Positions 9,901-19,484 of a stretch of 64,000 bases of DNA are shown piece after piece. The position numbers and the translations under genes are program-made. Location of the stretch: positions 1,297,432 through 1,361,431 of the forward strand of contig JAHPZH010000001.1 in NCBI GenBank assembly GCA_019058315.1. The letters run 5' to 3'. Origin of the DNA: Candidatus Helarchaeota archaeon (GTDB taxonomy: Archaea > Asgardarchaeota > Lokiarchaeia > Helarchaeales > RDOG01). Within the stretch, counting starts at the first letter, position 1; each line of letters begins with the position of its first letter. The notes beneath the pieces are model-generated. The model saw nothing but the letters and a program-made list of their open reading frames with translations, was not told where the DNA came from and ran no database searches.

Positions 9901-10383
9901 TCGGCTCCAGCTTGTCCTATTGAGATTAGCTCTTCAGTCAGTATAGGAGAAATGCAGCAATCCGATTTAAAATCAGAGTCAGAAATGAATTGGCATAAAA
10001 AAATTCATCATATTTACATGTTTTTGCCGAAAGGAATTTGTATATATGACCAATCGTTTATGCCTACTGAACAAGAAGAATTTGAACCCCAATTGGTCGC
10101 AGGAGGATTAACAGGCATCTCGGGATTAATTCAAGAGTTAACCCAAAGTAAAACTAAGGTTAAAATAGTTGAACAAGAAGAAATGACTCTACTTCTCGAA
10201 CACGGTAAATATATGACAACTGCTTTGGTTGCAGAAGAGAATCTAATTATATTACGAAATAAATTAATTCAGTTAGTTGAGGATGTAGAGGATTTATTTC
10301 AAGAAGAATTTGAGTCGTTTTATGGAAATTTAAACGTTTTTTCAAAGGTTGGTAAATTAGTTAACAAAATATTTAAGAAATAA
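6979..10383 (+). CDS. TPR/SNAP-like solenoid + C-terminal longin-like domain protein (paralogue 3); likely start ATG 6994
   Basis: Collinear with paralogue 2 over its full length. Confidence 0.85.
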   Translation: MGYSYMSDLSHKDTLNQINELIYEAEEEERKYNWIKVIDLLKKVRRISSENNIKEFEGEAYFRLGEVYQIAADFEKEEIEVSNKFQLAITNFQKAFYIFHDLQNEEKESASIAFLNYLKYVSETEKVEGSILLESARLNFIKSKILFQIKGKLKDSLKMAIFESRALNLLIGEKLVRLEKTINLDEMVLEHENLIMNISEEIKKLPVFSEIYLFHLFVGMTDFAIWSSIFLPIDNLRKTQYVKSNLNIVKELSKIFEKSGGTLSTFMVYGLCSLFNLIISAFIVEDRFEQKRHLKLSERWLKKAEKLLPIIRAGGGSNYSLEFFFFMRFTNAIFLIYLGFFSRSFKLAIADLTLMFHLMSSFFPRITNATVAFYTLIVFLLGALVRAIPAAQRIDFSKKALDFIDLMTIYIPLINNPSYKTFSVFKNFQTCIANALLGDLIQDRKESKKYLETATKTFDNLSNLKIEQDNFFNRYFLIFMANSANLIAENMEEKSEKIKYYDLAITYFSKSVKFGGTFLDIENMFSLGTIQYKLARLMNDDEIFKKSYESYKNAIEYCSGKGYYNLVGSGFVKLAQIEDRLGNYLSAAENYKKALESFDRALITFTYLKLGKKIEKLKNYMNAWQLIEIAKSHHIKEDHTNAQLNYEQASHILSGIKEYNFEASFYSAWALLEKAEFLSKHNKHQEAAATYLVSKTKFDDAIEALNLKLSKKIGIRIKERVSKLIQVAEVRETYCSARYQIETARIESKKGNHILAAELYNKASTLFEKLCQTYRIRREKDELEAIFYLCKAWESMERASIQQDPSLFTIASDLFKQASHIFPDSRLKKLSIGNSLYCTALECSAKFDKTPEITEKISHYKKIKMVLRESSKNYKLGGFEQDAKWALATSTFFDAIWHLMKSDNEIDFSKKREYLSIASNYLNEALNILKDTEYEQKKEDILNHLKMIKDEKTILTSALNVIEKPEISESSIGISAPACPIEISSSVSIGEMQQSDLKSESEMNWHKKIHHIYMFLPKGICIYDQSFMPTEQEEFEPQLVAGGLTGISGLIQELTQSKTKVKIVEQEEMTLLLEHGKYMTTALVAEENLIILRNKLIQLVEDVEDLFQEEFESFYGNLNVFSKVGKLVNKIFKK

Positions 10384-10458
10384 TTTTTTTAAACATTTTT
10401 ATTATACTTTAATTTCTTTATTCCATTTATAGATAAGACAGTTTAAGAAGGTGTTTTT

Positions 10459-13233
10459 TTGGAAGAGAATGAGTCACATATTGGAGATATAAAGCCTATC
10501 TTTTTAAAATGTGAGTATTTAATCAATCCATTAGGTATAGATATTGTTGATCCGCGTTTGAGTTGGGTATTAGAATCCGATAAACGTAATAAGAAACAAA
10601 CCGCATATCATATTTTAGTGGCGAGTAATGAGGAAATTCTAAATGAAGACAGGGGAGACTTGTGGGATAGCGGTAAAGTAATAACTGATGAATCTACCCA
10701 TATAATTTATCAGGGGAAAGAACTAAAATCACAAATATTTTGTTATTGGAAAGTTCGTGTTTGGGATGGTAATGATAAACCTTCTGATTGGAGCAAGAAT
10801 GCTAAATGGAGTATGGGTTTATTAAAGGATGATGATTGGAAAGCTAAATGGATAGGAACTTCGTCTAAAAGTATATTTTGGATTAATAAAGTCTTACCAA
10901 AAAAAGATAATCCTTGTCCATTATTACGTAAATCATTTCAATTCGCGAATAAAGCTAAACGTGCCATTGTTTATGTTACTGCTTTGGGTGAGTATGAATT
11001 ATATCTTAATGGAAAACGTGTTAGTGATCATATTTTAGCTCCAGAATGGACAGATTATGATAAAAGAGTACAATATCAAACTTATGACGTTACCGATCTG
11101 CTTGTTGAGGGAGAGAATGTAATTGGAGCTATATTAGCAGATGGATGGTATATTGGAAACCTAGGACCAGGTATGCCACCATACCTCCATCATTTTTACG
11201 GAGAAAACAGACGCTTATTATTACAAATGGAAATAGAGCAATTTGATGGAACTATAAAAGAAATTGTTAGTGATTCAGATTGGAAAATTCTTGAAGATGG
11301 ACCTATTGAAGTAGCAGATCATTTCACAGGGGAGACTTATAACGTTCAAAAAGAAATCGTAAATTGGGATAAATCCGGCTTTGATGATTCAGAGTGGTCC
11401 CATGTAACTATTGATTCTACAATAGATAATAAAATTGTTGCACAGATGAATGAGCCAATTCGAATTGTAAAAGAAATTAAACCTATTGAGGTTACAGAAC
11501 CAAATCCTGGAGAATTTGTTTTTAATTTAGGTCAAAATATTGCTGGTTGGTGTAGAATCTCGCTTGACAAATCCATATGTGACGCTAATGCTATAATAAC
11601 GCTACGTCATGGGGAAATGCTTAATCCAGATGGAACTCTTTATACAAAAAATTTAAGAAATGCAAAGGCGACTGATACATACATACTTAAAGGGATAGAA
11701 AAACGAGAGTATCAACCTCATTTTACTTATCATGGCTTTCAATATGTTGAAGTGAAAGGGTTAAAACCAGGTATTAAGCCAAATCTCGATATGATAACTG
11801 GTTGTGTAGTTGCATCAGATGCACGATTAGTAGGTGGATTTGAAAGTTCTGATCCCACGGTAAATAAGCTCTGGAACAATATATTATGGACACAACGAGA
11901 TAATATGATAAGTGTGCCTACTGATTGTCACCAACGTAATGAGCGAATGGGTTGGATGGGTGATGCACTAGTTTTTTGTCAAATGTCGATTTTTAATATG
12001 GATATGGCTGCCTTTTACACAAAATGGATTCAAGATATAAGAGATGCCCAATCCGATGAGGGAAGATATACAGATATGTCTCCTACTCCTTATAGAATAA
12101 AAGGCCTTTTTAAACTGGTTTTTCTAGGTGCTCCAGCGTGGGCTGATTGTGGTATTCATCTCCCATGGGACGTATATTTGAATTATGGTGATAAAAGATT
12201 AATTGAACAACATTTCGATTCAGCAAAAAAATATATCGATTATGTACATTCTAAAAATCAAAATTTAATTTGGATAAGGAGAAGAGGAAATAATTACGGG
12301 GATTGGCTTAATGGTAATGAAATCAAATCAGAAGATTATCCAAAAAAAGGTGGAGAAGTTCCCAAAGAAGTTCTTTCAACAGCCTTTTTCGCTCACTCTA
12401 CAGAAATCCTTTCTAAGATGGCTGAAATAATTGGTTTAAAAGATAAATTTGAATATTATGACAATTTAGCAAGACAAATAAGAGAAAAATTCACTGAACG
12501 GTTTGTTAAAAATGATGGTAAAATCAAAGGTGATACACAAGCTGGTTATGCTATTGCTCTACACTTCAATTTATTACCCGAAGAATTACGCCCTAAAGCT
12601 GTTAAACACATGTTAAATGCAATAGAAAGATATGATGGACGTATTTCGACAGGATTCCTTTGCACATTACCTATGATGTTAGAATTAACTCGTTGGGGCC
12701 ATAATGATACCGCATATCAATTACTCTTGAGTCGAAAATTCCCATCTTGGTTTTATATGATTGATCAAGGGGCAACTACCATGTGGGAAAGGTGGGACGG
12801 ATATGTAAAGGGAAGAGGCTTTCAAAATAAATCAATGAATTCTTTTTGTCATTATGCATTTGGTTCTGTAGGTGAATGGATTATTAAAGTTATTCTAGGT
12901 ATTGATTTGGACGAAAATCAGCCCGGATATAAACATATAATTGTTAGACCAAGACCTAATGGGGCTATAACATGGGCAAAAGGATACTATGATTCAATTC
13001 GAGGTAAAATAGACGTTGATTGGAGTCTTCAAGGGAAAAAATTTAATCTCGAAATAAAAATTCCCCCAAATACTACCGCAACAGTTTATTTACCTGCAAG
13101 TAATTTAGAAAATATTACAGAAAATGATAAATCAATTCATGAATCTGATGATATAGAATTAAAAAAGTATGAAGCTAATTTGGCTATTTTAAAAATTAAT
13201 TCTGGTAAATACTCTTTTATATCTTCCATGTAA
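10459..13233 (+). CDS. Alpha-L-rhamnosidase, glycoside hydrolase family 78
   Basis: CEYLINPLGID, LGQNIAGW, FTYHGFQYVE, VPTDCHQRNERMGWMGD, GATTMWERWD and SFCHYAFG motifs; no signal peptide. Confidence 0.95.
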   Translation: MEENESHIGDIKPIFLKCEYLINPLGIDIVDPRLSWVLESDKRNKKQTAYHILVASNEEILNEDRGDLWDSGKVITDESTHIIYQGKELKSQIFCYWKVRVWDGNDKPSDWSKNAKWSMGLLKDDDWKAKWIGTSSKSIFWINKVLPKKDNPCPLLRKSFQFANKAKRAIVYVTALGEYELYLNGKRVSDHILAPEWTDYDKRVQYQTYDVTDLLVEGENVIGAILADGWYIGNLGPGMPPYLHHFYGENRRLLLQMEIEQFDGTIKEIVSDSDWKILEDGPIEVADHFTGETYNVQKEIVNWDKSGFDDSEWSHVTIDSTIDNKIVAQMNEPIRIVKEIKPIEVTEPNPGEFVFNLGQNIAGWCRISLDKSICDANAIITLRHGEMLNPDGTLYTKNLRNAKATDTYILKGIEKREYQPHFTYHGFQYVEVKGLKPGIKPNLDMITGCVVASDARLVGGFESSDPTVNKLWNNILWTQRDNMISVPTDCHQRNERMGWMGDALVFCQMSIFNMDMAAFYTKWIQDIRDAQSDEGRYTDMSPTPYRIKGLFKLVFLGAPAWADCGIHLPWDVYLNYGDKRLIEQHFDSAKKYIDYVHSKNQNLIWIRRRGNNYGDWLNGNEIKSEDYPKKGGEVPKEVLSTAFFAHSTEILSKMAEIIGLKDKFEYYDNLARQIREKFTERFVKNDGKIKGDTQAGYAIALHFNLLPEELRPKAVKHMLNAIERYDGRISTGFLCTLPMMLELTRWGHNDTAYQLLLSRKFPSWFYMIDQGATTMWERWDGYVKGRGFQNKSMNSFCHYAFGSVGEWIIKVILGIDLDENQPGYKHIIVRPRPNGAITWAKGYYDSIRGKIDVDWSLQGKKFNLEIKIPPNTTATVYLPASNLENITENDKSIHESDDIELKKYEANLAILKINSGKYSFISSM

Positions 13234-13246
13234 AAAATATCGTAAT

Positions 13247-14401
13247 GTGGTAGAAGTGAACTCGAAAGACCGTGTTTTAACTACTTTTAATCATGAAGAG
13301 CCAGATCGAGTTCCCATTTTCGAACTTTCAATTGAGAGTCCAGATGTTGCGAATGGTTATGGAATAGATAGGATGTCTTCAATTTATAGCTTAGATGTAG
13401 AAAATGCGATCACACTATACCAAAGAATTGGATTAGATCTTTCCATAGTTCCTGTTTGTGGCTTCCCTATTGGAAAAGGGACGGGTTTTGGAAAGAAAAA
13501 GCCAGGTTTAAAAACCCCACGCTCAACAAATATGGTAGAGGAGTTTGGTAGAGTGATAACATACTCTATTAAAGATCTACCGACTTATGTAGGTGGTTGG
13601 TTTGATTCAGAAACTGGCGATTTAGATGAAATAATAGAAAAATATGAAAAATTTTCCCCACTAGACCCAAACGCAAAGTTAAGGTATATCCCTTTTGAAA
13701 GAGCAGTAAAAACTGCAGGAACATCAGAAACAAAAAGCCCATACATTATACCTATGATGCAAGGTTTTTTTGAGAATTCATGGCAGCCTTTTGGGTTTGA
13801 AAATTATACCCGATTATTATTTGAGCGTTCCGATTTTGTTGAAACAGTTTTGAACAATATTGATATTTTTTTAACAGAATTAATAGAAAATCTTGCTGAC
13901 CGTTATTCAATTGAACTAATATGTTACGGAGATGATCTAGGTTATAAAACGGGACCTTTAATAAATCCTAGAAATTTTCAAAAACTTATTTATCCTAAAA
14001 TGAAAAAGTTTGTAGAGTTTTGTCATAAAAAAAATATGAAAGTACTTTATCATTCTTGTGGAAATTTAAATAAAATATTAGATAAAGTGATAGAAACAGG
14101 AATTGATGGATTACATCCTCTTGAACCTAGTGCGGCGATGGATATATTCGCAACACATCGGAGTTATGGTGATAGATTAACATTGATAGGAAATGTTGAT
14201 ACAATTGATTTGTTAGCAAAGGGAACAACCGCACAAGTTAGTGAATACGTGAAAAAAGAAATTAAATATATCGCCCCTAATGGAGGATTAATCATTTCAT
14301 CATCACATTCAATTAATCCACAAATTTCATTTGAAAATTATAATGCTATGATAGAAACAACTAAAAAATATGGTAAGTATCCAATTTCGATAAATGATTA
14401 A
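13247..14401 (+). CDS. Uroporphyrinogen decarboxylase / MtaA-fold corrinoid methyltransferase
   Basis: NSKDRV...HEEPDRVP, GDDLG, HSCG, LIGNVD and GG.IISSSHSI motifs. Confidence 0.88.
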   Translation: MVEVNSKDRVLTTFNHEEPDRVPIFELSIESPDVANGYGIDRMSSIYSLDVENAITLYQRIGLDLSIVPVCGFPIGKGTGFGKKKPGLKTPRSTNMVEEFGRVITYSIKDLPTYVGGWFDSETGDLDEIIEKYEKFSPLDPNAKLRYIPFERAVKTAGTSETKSPYIIPMMQGFFENSWQPFGFENYTRLLFERSDFVETVLNNIDIFLTELIENLADRYSIELICYGDDLGYKTGPLINPRNFQKLIYPKMKKFVEFCHKKNMKVLYHSCGNLNKILDKVIETGIDGLHPLEPSAAMDIFATHRSYGDRLTLIGNVDTIDLLAKGTTAQVSEYVKKEIKYIAPNGGLIISSSHSINPQISFENYNAMIETTKKYGKYPISIND

Positions 14402-15062
14402 TATTGGTGATTTAATGGAAGATTTAAAAAAATTAGAAGATTCAATTACAAATTTAGATAAAAAAGGAGCAGTAGATACAACAAATAAAATTATTTCTGA
14501 AAAAAAAGTTACTGTAAAACAGGGGATAGATGCGGTAACTAAGGCATTACAAAATATCGGTGAACTTTATGAAAAGGAGGAATATTATCTTGCAGAACTC
14601 GTTTATGCTGGTGACATATCGAAGACTATTTTAGGTCTTTTAGAACCGCATTTACCAAAAACTGCTGATAAAGATTTTGCCAAAAGGATTGTCATAGGGA
14701 CTGTAAAAGGAGACATGCATGATTTAGGAAAGAATATTGTGCAAGCATTTGGACGCGGAGCAGGTTATGAAATAATTGATTTAGGAAATGATGTTTCAGT
14801 TGAAGCTTTTATAAAAGAACTTATGGAAAATAATATCAAAATTCTAGGTATATCATGCCTTTTAACTGCCTGTGATTCCGAGTTACCAAAAATCCTAACT
14901 GCTTTAAAAGATAAAGGGTTAATTGACGTAAAAGTTGTTATTGGTGGAGCTGCAATGACCGAAAAATTAGCGGCAGACTTAGAAAATAAATTCAATATAA
15001 CCGTTAAATTTGCTCCTGATGCAATTAATGGAATTAAAATTTTTAACGAGTTGATAGATTAA
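14394..15062 (+). CDS. Cobalamin-binding corrinoid protein (MtaC/MtbC-like); likely start ATG 14415
   Basis: Cap domain plus GTVKGDMHDLGK (DxHxxG), GISCLL and VIGGA. Confidence 0.92.
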   Translation: MINIGDLMEDLKKLEDSITNLDKKGAVDTTNKIISEKKVTVKQGIDAVTKALQNIGELYEKEEYYLAELVYAGDISKTILGLLEPHLPKTADKDFAKRIVIGTVKGDMHDLGKNIVQAFGRGAGYEIIDLGNDVSVEAFIKELMENNIKILGISCLLTACDSELPKILTALKDKGLIDVKVVIGGAAMTEKLAADLENKFNITVKFAPDAINGIKIFNELID

Positions 15063-15083
15063 AATACACAAAAGAGGATATTC

Positions 15084-16262
15084 ATGAACTCGAAAGAAAG
15101 AATATTAGCAACAATTAATCATGAAGAACCGGACAGAGTTCCAATTTTCCTTTCGGGAATAGATAGTCGAGATGTGTATGAAGGTTATTTGAAATCTAAA
15201 GGAAAAAAACCAGATAAGAGCGGAAAAATTAGAATAAGGAGTATTCTACCTGGGGGTCGGGGTTGGCTTAAATTTATGGTTGATCTCGGCATTGATTTAC
15301 AGCATGCGCCCGTATGTCTTCTACCTATAGGCAAGGGCACCGGTTTTGGCGTGAAAAAACCAGGACTAAAAACTCCGCCAGAATCTACTTGGGCAGATGA
15401 ATATGGACGTATTTTTCATAGTTATAAGGCGGAGGATTCAGATTTACGTCTATGGAATTACGTAGGCGGTATCTTTGATTCTGAGACTGGTGATTTGGAA
15501 GAGATCATGAACAGATATGAAAAATGGGATCCGTTAAATGCAGATATTAAATGGAGATATTTTATTTATGAGGAGGCCCTTAAAACGGTAAAAAATGAAG
15601 GGCCTTTTGTAGTCCCGGGCATAGGTGGTTTCTTTGAGGTAACTTGGGAATCGTTCGGTTTCGAAAATTATACGAAACTCTTATTTGAACATCCTGACTT
15701 TATTGAGCAGGTCACAAAAAATAATGAAGAATTTTCTCGGCGATTAACTGAGATTTTGATAGAGAAATACAATATTGAGATGTTATGGGTCTGGGATGAT
15801 TTGGGATATAAAACAGGAACATTCTTGAATCCAAGACAATACATGAAATTAATATATCCACGGATGAAAAATCTCGTCGCATATTGTCATAAAAATGGTG
15901 TAAAGGTAGCATTACACTCTTGTGGTAATCTAAATAAAATACTAGATAAAGTGATTGATACTGGAATTGATGCTTTAAATCCAATTGAACCTTCAGCTCA
16001 TATGGACATTTTTCAACTAAAAAAAGATTATGGAAATAAATTGACATTAATAGGAAATGTAGATACTACTGATTTATTAGCAAGAGGAACTCCGGAACAA
16101 GTTGAAACCCACGTAAAGAAATTAATCAAATTCTGTGCACCTGGTGGAGGTTATATAGTGTCATCTGGGCACTCAATCAATCCTAGTATAACCTATGAAA
16201 ATTATAATTCCATGATTCAAACGACATTGAAATATGGAAAATATCCTATTGAACTACAATGA
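15084..16262 (+). CDS. URO-D/MtaA-fold corrinoid methyltransferase
   Basis: HEEPDRVP, WDDLG, HSCG, LIGNVD and SSGHSI; paralogue of 13247. Confidence 0.88.
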   Translation: MNSKERILATINHEEPDRVPIFLSGIDSRDVYEGYLKSKGKKPDKSGKIRIRSILPGGRGWLKFMVDLGIDLQHAPVCLLPIGKGTGFGVKKPGLKTPPESTWADEYGRIFHSYKAEDSDLRLWNYVGGIFDSETGDLEEIMNRYEKWDPLNADIKWRYFIYEEALKTVKNEGPFVVPGIGGFFEVTWESFGFENYTKLLFEHPDFIEQVTKNNEEFSRRLTEILIEKYNIEMLWVWDDLGYKTGTFLNPRQYMKLIYPRMKNLVAYCHKNGVKVALHSCGNLNKILDKVIDTGIDALNPIEPSAHMDIFQLKKDYGNKLTLIGNVDTTDLLARGTPEQVETHVKKLIKFCAPGGGYIVSSGHSINPSITYENYNSMIQTTLKYGKYPIELQ

Positions 16263-17473
16263 ATGAATTTCAATTATTAATCAAGCCAAGTTCTTATGAT
16301 TGTAATTTAAACTGTGAATATTGTTTTTATAAAAGAGTAGAAAAGCTCTATCCTGAAATTAAACACCCCAGAATGAGTGATAAGACATTAGAAGTCTTAA
16401 TAAAGAAATATCTTGGACTTAGGTTACAAAATTCTGTTTTTTGCTGGCAGGGGGGAGAACCCACTTTAATGGGTTTAGATTTTTATAAAAAGGTAGTACA
16501 ATTTCAGCAGAAATATGGCATAGGAGGACAACTCGTTGGTAATGTCCTTCAGACAAATGGGATATTAATTGACGAAGATTGGGCAAAATTTTTACATGAT
16601 TATAAAGTTTTTGTGGGTTTAAGCCTTGATGGTCCTGAGAATATACACGATCATTACAGAAGGACAATCAATGGGAAGGGAACATGGAAAAAAGTAATGA
16701 AGTGTGTGAAAATCTTACAAGATAATAAAGTAGAATTTAATATATTATGCGTACTGTCTAAAGCAAATGTTAACCATGTGAAAGAGCTTTATCAATTTTT
16801 TAGTGAAAATGATCTTAATTATTTACAATTTATCCCAGCGCTTGAATGTACAAATAATAAAATGGCACCATATTCTCCAACAGCAGAAGAATATGGGAAA
16901 TTTTTATGTGAAATTTTCGATTTATGGAAAAAGAACGGGGTTGAAAATGTTCATTTTCGAACGTTTGAAGATATTTTTTCATTATATCTAGGACTTTCCA
17001 CAAATTCTTGTCCATTTGGTAAAAATTGTTCTGATTATTTGGTAATAGAATGGAATGGTGATGTTTTTCCTTGTGACTTCTTTGTGAAATCAGACCTAAA
17101 ATTAGGAAATATCATAAATGATGATTTTTCGAATATTTTAAAAAATAGACCTGCAATTTTTAGTAATCGTAAAAAGAAACTCGGAAATGAATGTTTGAAT
17201 TGTCATTGGAAAAACATATGTCATGGTGGATGTTTAAAGGATAGGGATTTTTGCGAGAATACCGATAACAATAGAAGTTACTATTGTAAGGTATATAAGT
17301 TATTTTTTACATACTCTTATGAATGGTTTCTTCAAGCACAAACAAAATTTCAACAAGATAGGGGTATTACTTTAATTCCACAAATTAATAAAATAAACCG
17401 AAATGATTACTGTCCATGTGGATCTGGATTGAAATATAAAAAATGTCACGGAAAAAAACAAATTAGAGATTAG
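16259..17473 (+). CDS. Anaerobic sulfatase maturase (radical SAM/SPASM) with C-terminal SEC-C motif
   Basis: IKP..YDCNLNCEYCFY, WQGGEPTL, QTNG, SLDG, SPASM cysteines, RNDYCPCGSGLKYKKCHG. Confidence 0.92.
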   Translation: MNEFQLLIKPSSYDCNLNCEYCFYKRVEKLYPEIKHPRMSDKTLEVLIKKYLGLRLQNSVFCWQGGEPTLMGLDFYKKVVQFQQKYGIGGQLVGNVLQTNGILIDEDWAKFLHDYKVFVGLSLDGPENIHDHYRRTINGKGTWKKVMKCVKILQDNKVEFNILCVLSKANVNHVKELYQFFSENDLNYLQFIPALECTNNKMAPYSPTAEEYGKFLCEIFDLWKKNGVENVHFRTFEDIFSLYLGLSTNSCPFGKNCSDYLVIEWNGDVFPCDFFVKSDLKLGNIINDDFSNILKNRPAIFSNRKKKLGNECLNCHWKNICHGGCLKDRDFCENTDNNRSYYCKVYKLFFTYSYEWFLQAQTKFQQDRGITLIPQINKINRNDYCPCGSGLKYKKCHGKKQIRD

Positions 17474-17620
17474 TTAATTTAATAGAAAAAAATTATTCCA
17501 TTATTAAATAATTGCCTTTATCTAAAAATATTTAAATCAAATATGCTATACCAAGAAATATAATACAGATATATACAATTATACAATTTTTTCAGTCAAC
17601 TTTAAAGGGATACTATTAAA

Positions 17621-19231
17621 ATGAAAAATAAGAAGTTATTTCTATTTTTTATTATGAATTTTATCTTAATTTCAACAATAATTATCAATAATTATTCTGC
17701 TACTTCAAATTCGTTGATATCTTGGACGAAAAACCATGAAATATGGATATCTATAAAAGAATCTTTTAAAAAATGGAATGATAATGGCATTGCGATTTGT
17801 ACATATAGTGAAGATCAAGATTATCCCCAAATTTGTAGCGATGGTGATGGCGGTGCAATTATTGTGTGGGAAGATTCTAGGAGCGGCGGTCCTAGTTATA
17901 TTTATGCACAGAATATAAATTCTGTTGGAGTCGTAGAATGGGCTTTAAATGGTACTAGAATATGTACAAATGACAGTAACCAAGATTATCCACAAATTTG
18001 TAGTGATGGTAATGGAGGTGCAATTATTACTTGGAGAGATGATAGAGTCCCAGGAAATGATATTTATGCACAGAGAATAAATTCTAGTGGAGAACTAGAA
18101 TGGAACACGAACGGTGTAGTAATTTGCAATGACTCTTCCAATCAAGATTATCCTAAGATTTGTAGTGATTTAGTTGGAGGTGCAATCATTACATGGATGG
18201 ATTATAGAAGTGGAACAAGCTATGATATCTATGCACAAAGAATAAATTCTGACGGAATCGTTCAGTGGACACCAAACGGCGAGGAGGTCTGCACAGCAAA
18301 TCGTACTCAACAACAACTTCAAATTTGTAGTGACAATGCCAGCGGAGCGATTATTACTTGGGAAGATACTAGAAATTGGCCAACTAATCGTGATATTTAC
18401 GCCCAAAGAATAAATAATAGCGGAGGGATTGAATGGCAAAACAACGGCACTGTGGTTAGTTCTCTAATCAGAAACCGATCTAATCCTCAAATTTGTAGCA
18501 GCGGTGAAGGAGGTGCGATTATCACGTGGGAAGAAACAATTACCGTGACAGAAATTGATATTTATGCACAAAAATTAAATTCTAGTGGAGATCTCGAATG
18601 GGGATTTGGTGCACACGGAGTTTGTGGAGCACCTTATCAGCAATATAATCCTCAACCTTGTAGTGACGGTGCTGGTGGCGTAATCATCACATGGAGAGAT
18701 TATAGAAATGGAACTCATTATGATATCTATGCACAAAGAATAAAATCAGGTGGAGGCTGTCAATGGACGACGAATGGCGTACCAATATGTACAGAGAGTT
18801 ATGATCAAATTTATCCTCAGATTTGTAGTGATGGTGTTGGTGGTGCAATAATCACGTGGGAAGATATTAGAAATTTTCCTGGACCTGCAGATATCTATGC
18901 ACAAATAATAAATTCAAACGGAATTTTGAAATTGACGACGAATGGTATGACAATATGTATAGAGAGTAATCAACAAGGCATTCCACAAATATGTAGTGAT
19001 AATGCTGGTGGTGCGTTCATAACTTGGGTTGATTTTAGAGGCGGGAGTAATTTTGACATATATGCACAGAGACTTATGAAATCTACTGCAATTAACTTAT
19101 TAGATTCGATCATACTCTTGTTAGCGAACCAAACAACGCCCATTAATTCGTTATTATTACCACTGATAATAGGGATAGCCGCAGTAATAGTGATTATAAT
19201 AATATTGATAATAATGAAAAAAAGAAAATAA
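17621..19231 (+). CDS. Secreted, C-terminally anchored 8-repeat beta-propeller-like surface protein
   Basis: N-terminal signal peptide; 8 x ~55-aa repeats (PQICSDGxGGAIITW...DIYAQRI); C-terminal TM + KKRK. Confidence 0.82.
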   Translation: MKNKKLFLFFIMNFILISTIIINNYSATSNSLISWTKNHEIWISIKESFKKWNDNGIAICTYSEDQDYPQICSDGDGGAIIVWEDSRSGGPSYIYAQNINSVGVVEWALNGTRICTNDSNQDYPQICSDGNGGAIITWRDDRVPGNDIYAQRINSSGELEWNTNGVVICNDSSNQDYPKICSDLVGGAIITWMDYRSGTSYDIYAQRINSDGIVQWTPNGEEVCTANRTQQQLQICSDNASGAIITWEDTRNWPTNRDIYAQRINNSGGIEWQNNGTVVSSLIRNRSNPQICSSGEGGAIITWEETITVTEIDIYAQKLNSSGDLEWGFGAHGVCGAPYQQYNPQPCSDGAGGVIITWRDYRNGTHYDIYAQRIKSGGGCQWTTNGVPICTESYDQIYPQICSDGVGGAIITWEDIRNFPGPADIYAQIINSNGILKLTTNGMTICIESNQQGIPQICSDNAGGAFITWVDFRGGSNFDIYAQRLMKSTAINLLDSIILLLANQTTPINSLLLPLIIGIAAVIVIIIILIIMKKRK

Positions 19232-19484
19232 AGAAATTCTTTATTCTTTTTTTAACAGTTGGATAGATAAAAAATCTTAAAATTTTATTAAAATATGGTG
19301 AATATGTCACTATAGCACTTATTGTAGAAGAAAATTTTAAAATCCTCTATTCAATATTATTCTACCAAAATGGAAAGGTGATATAGAGGTGTTTTTATAA
19401 GTAAAAATAATGGTTGAAAAAATTTTTACATAAATTAATTCTTATTTAAAAGCAATAATTAGATCTAATAGGTGAGATTGGATA

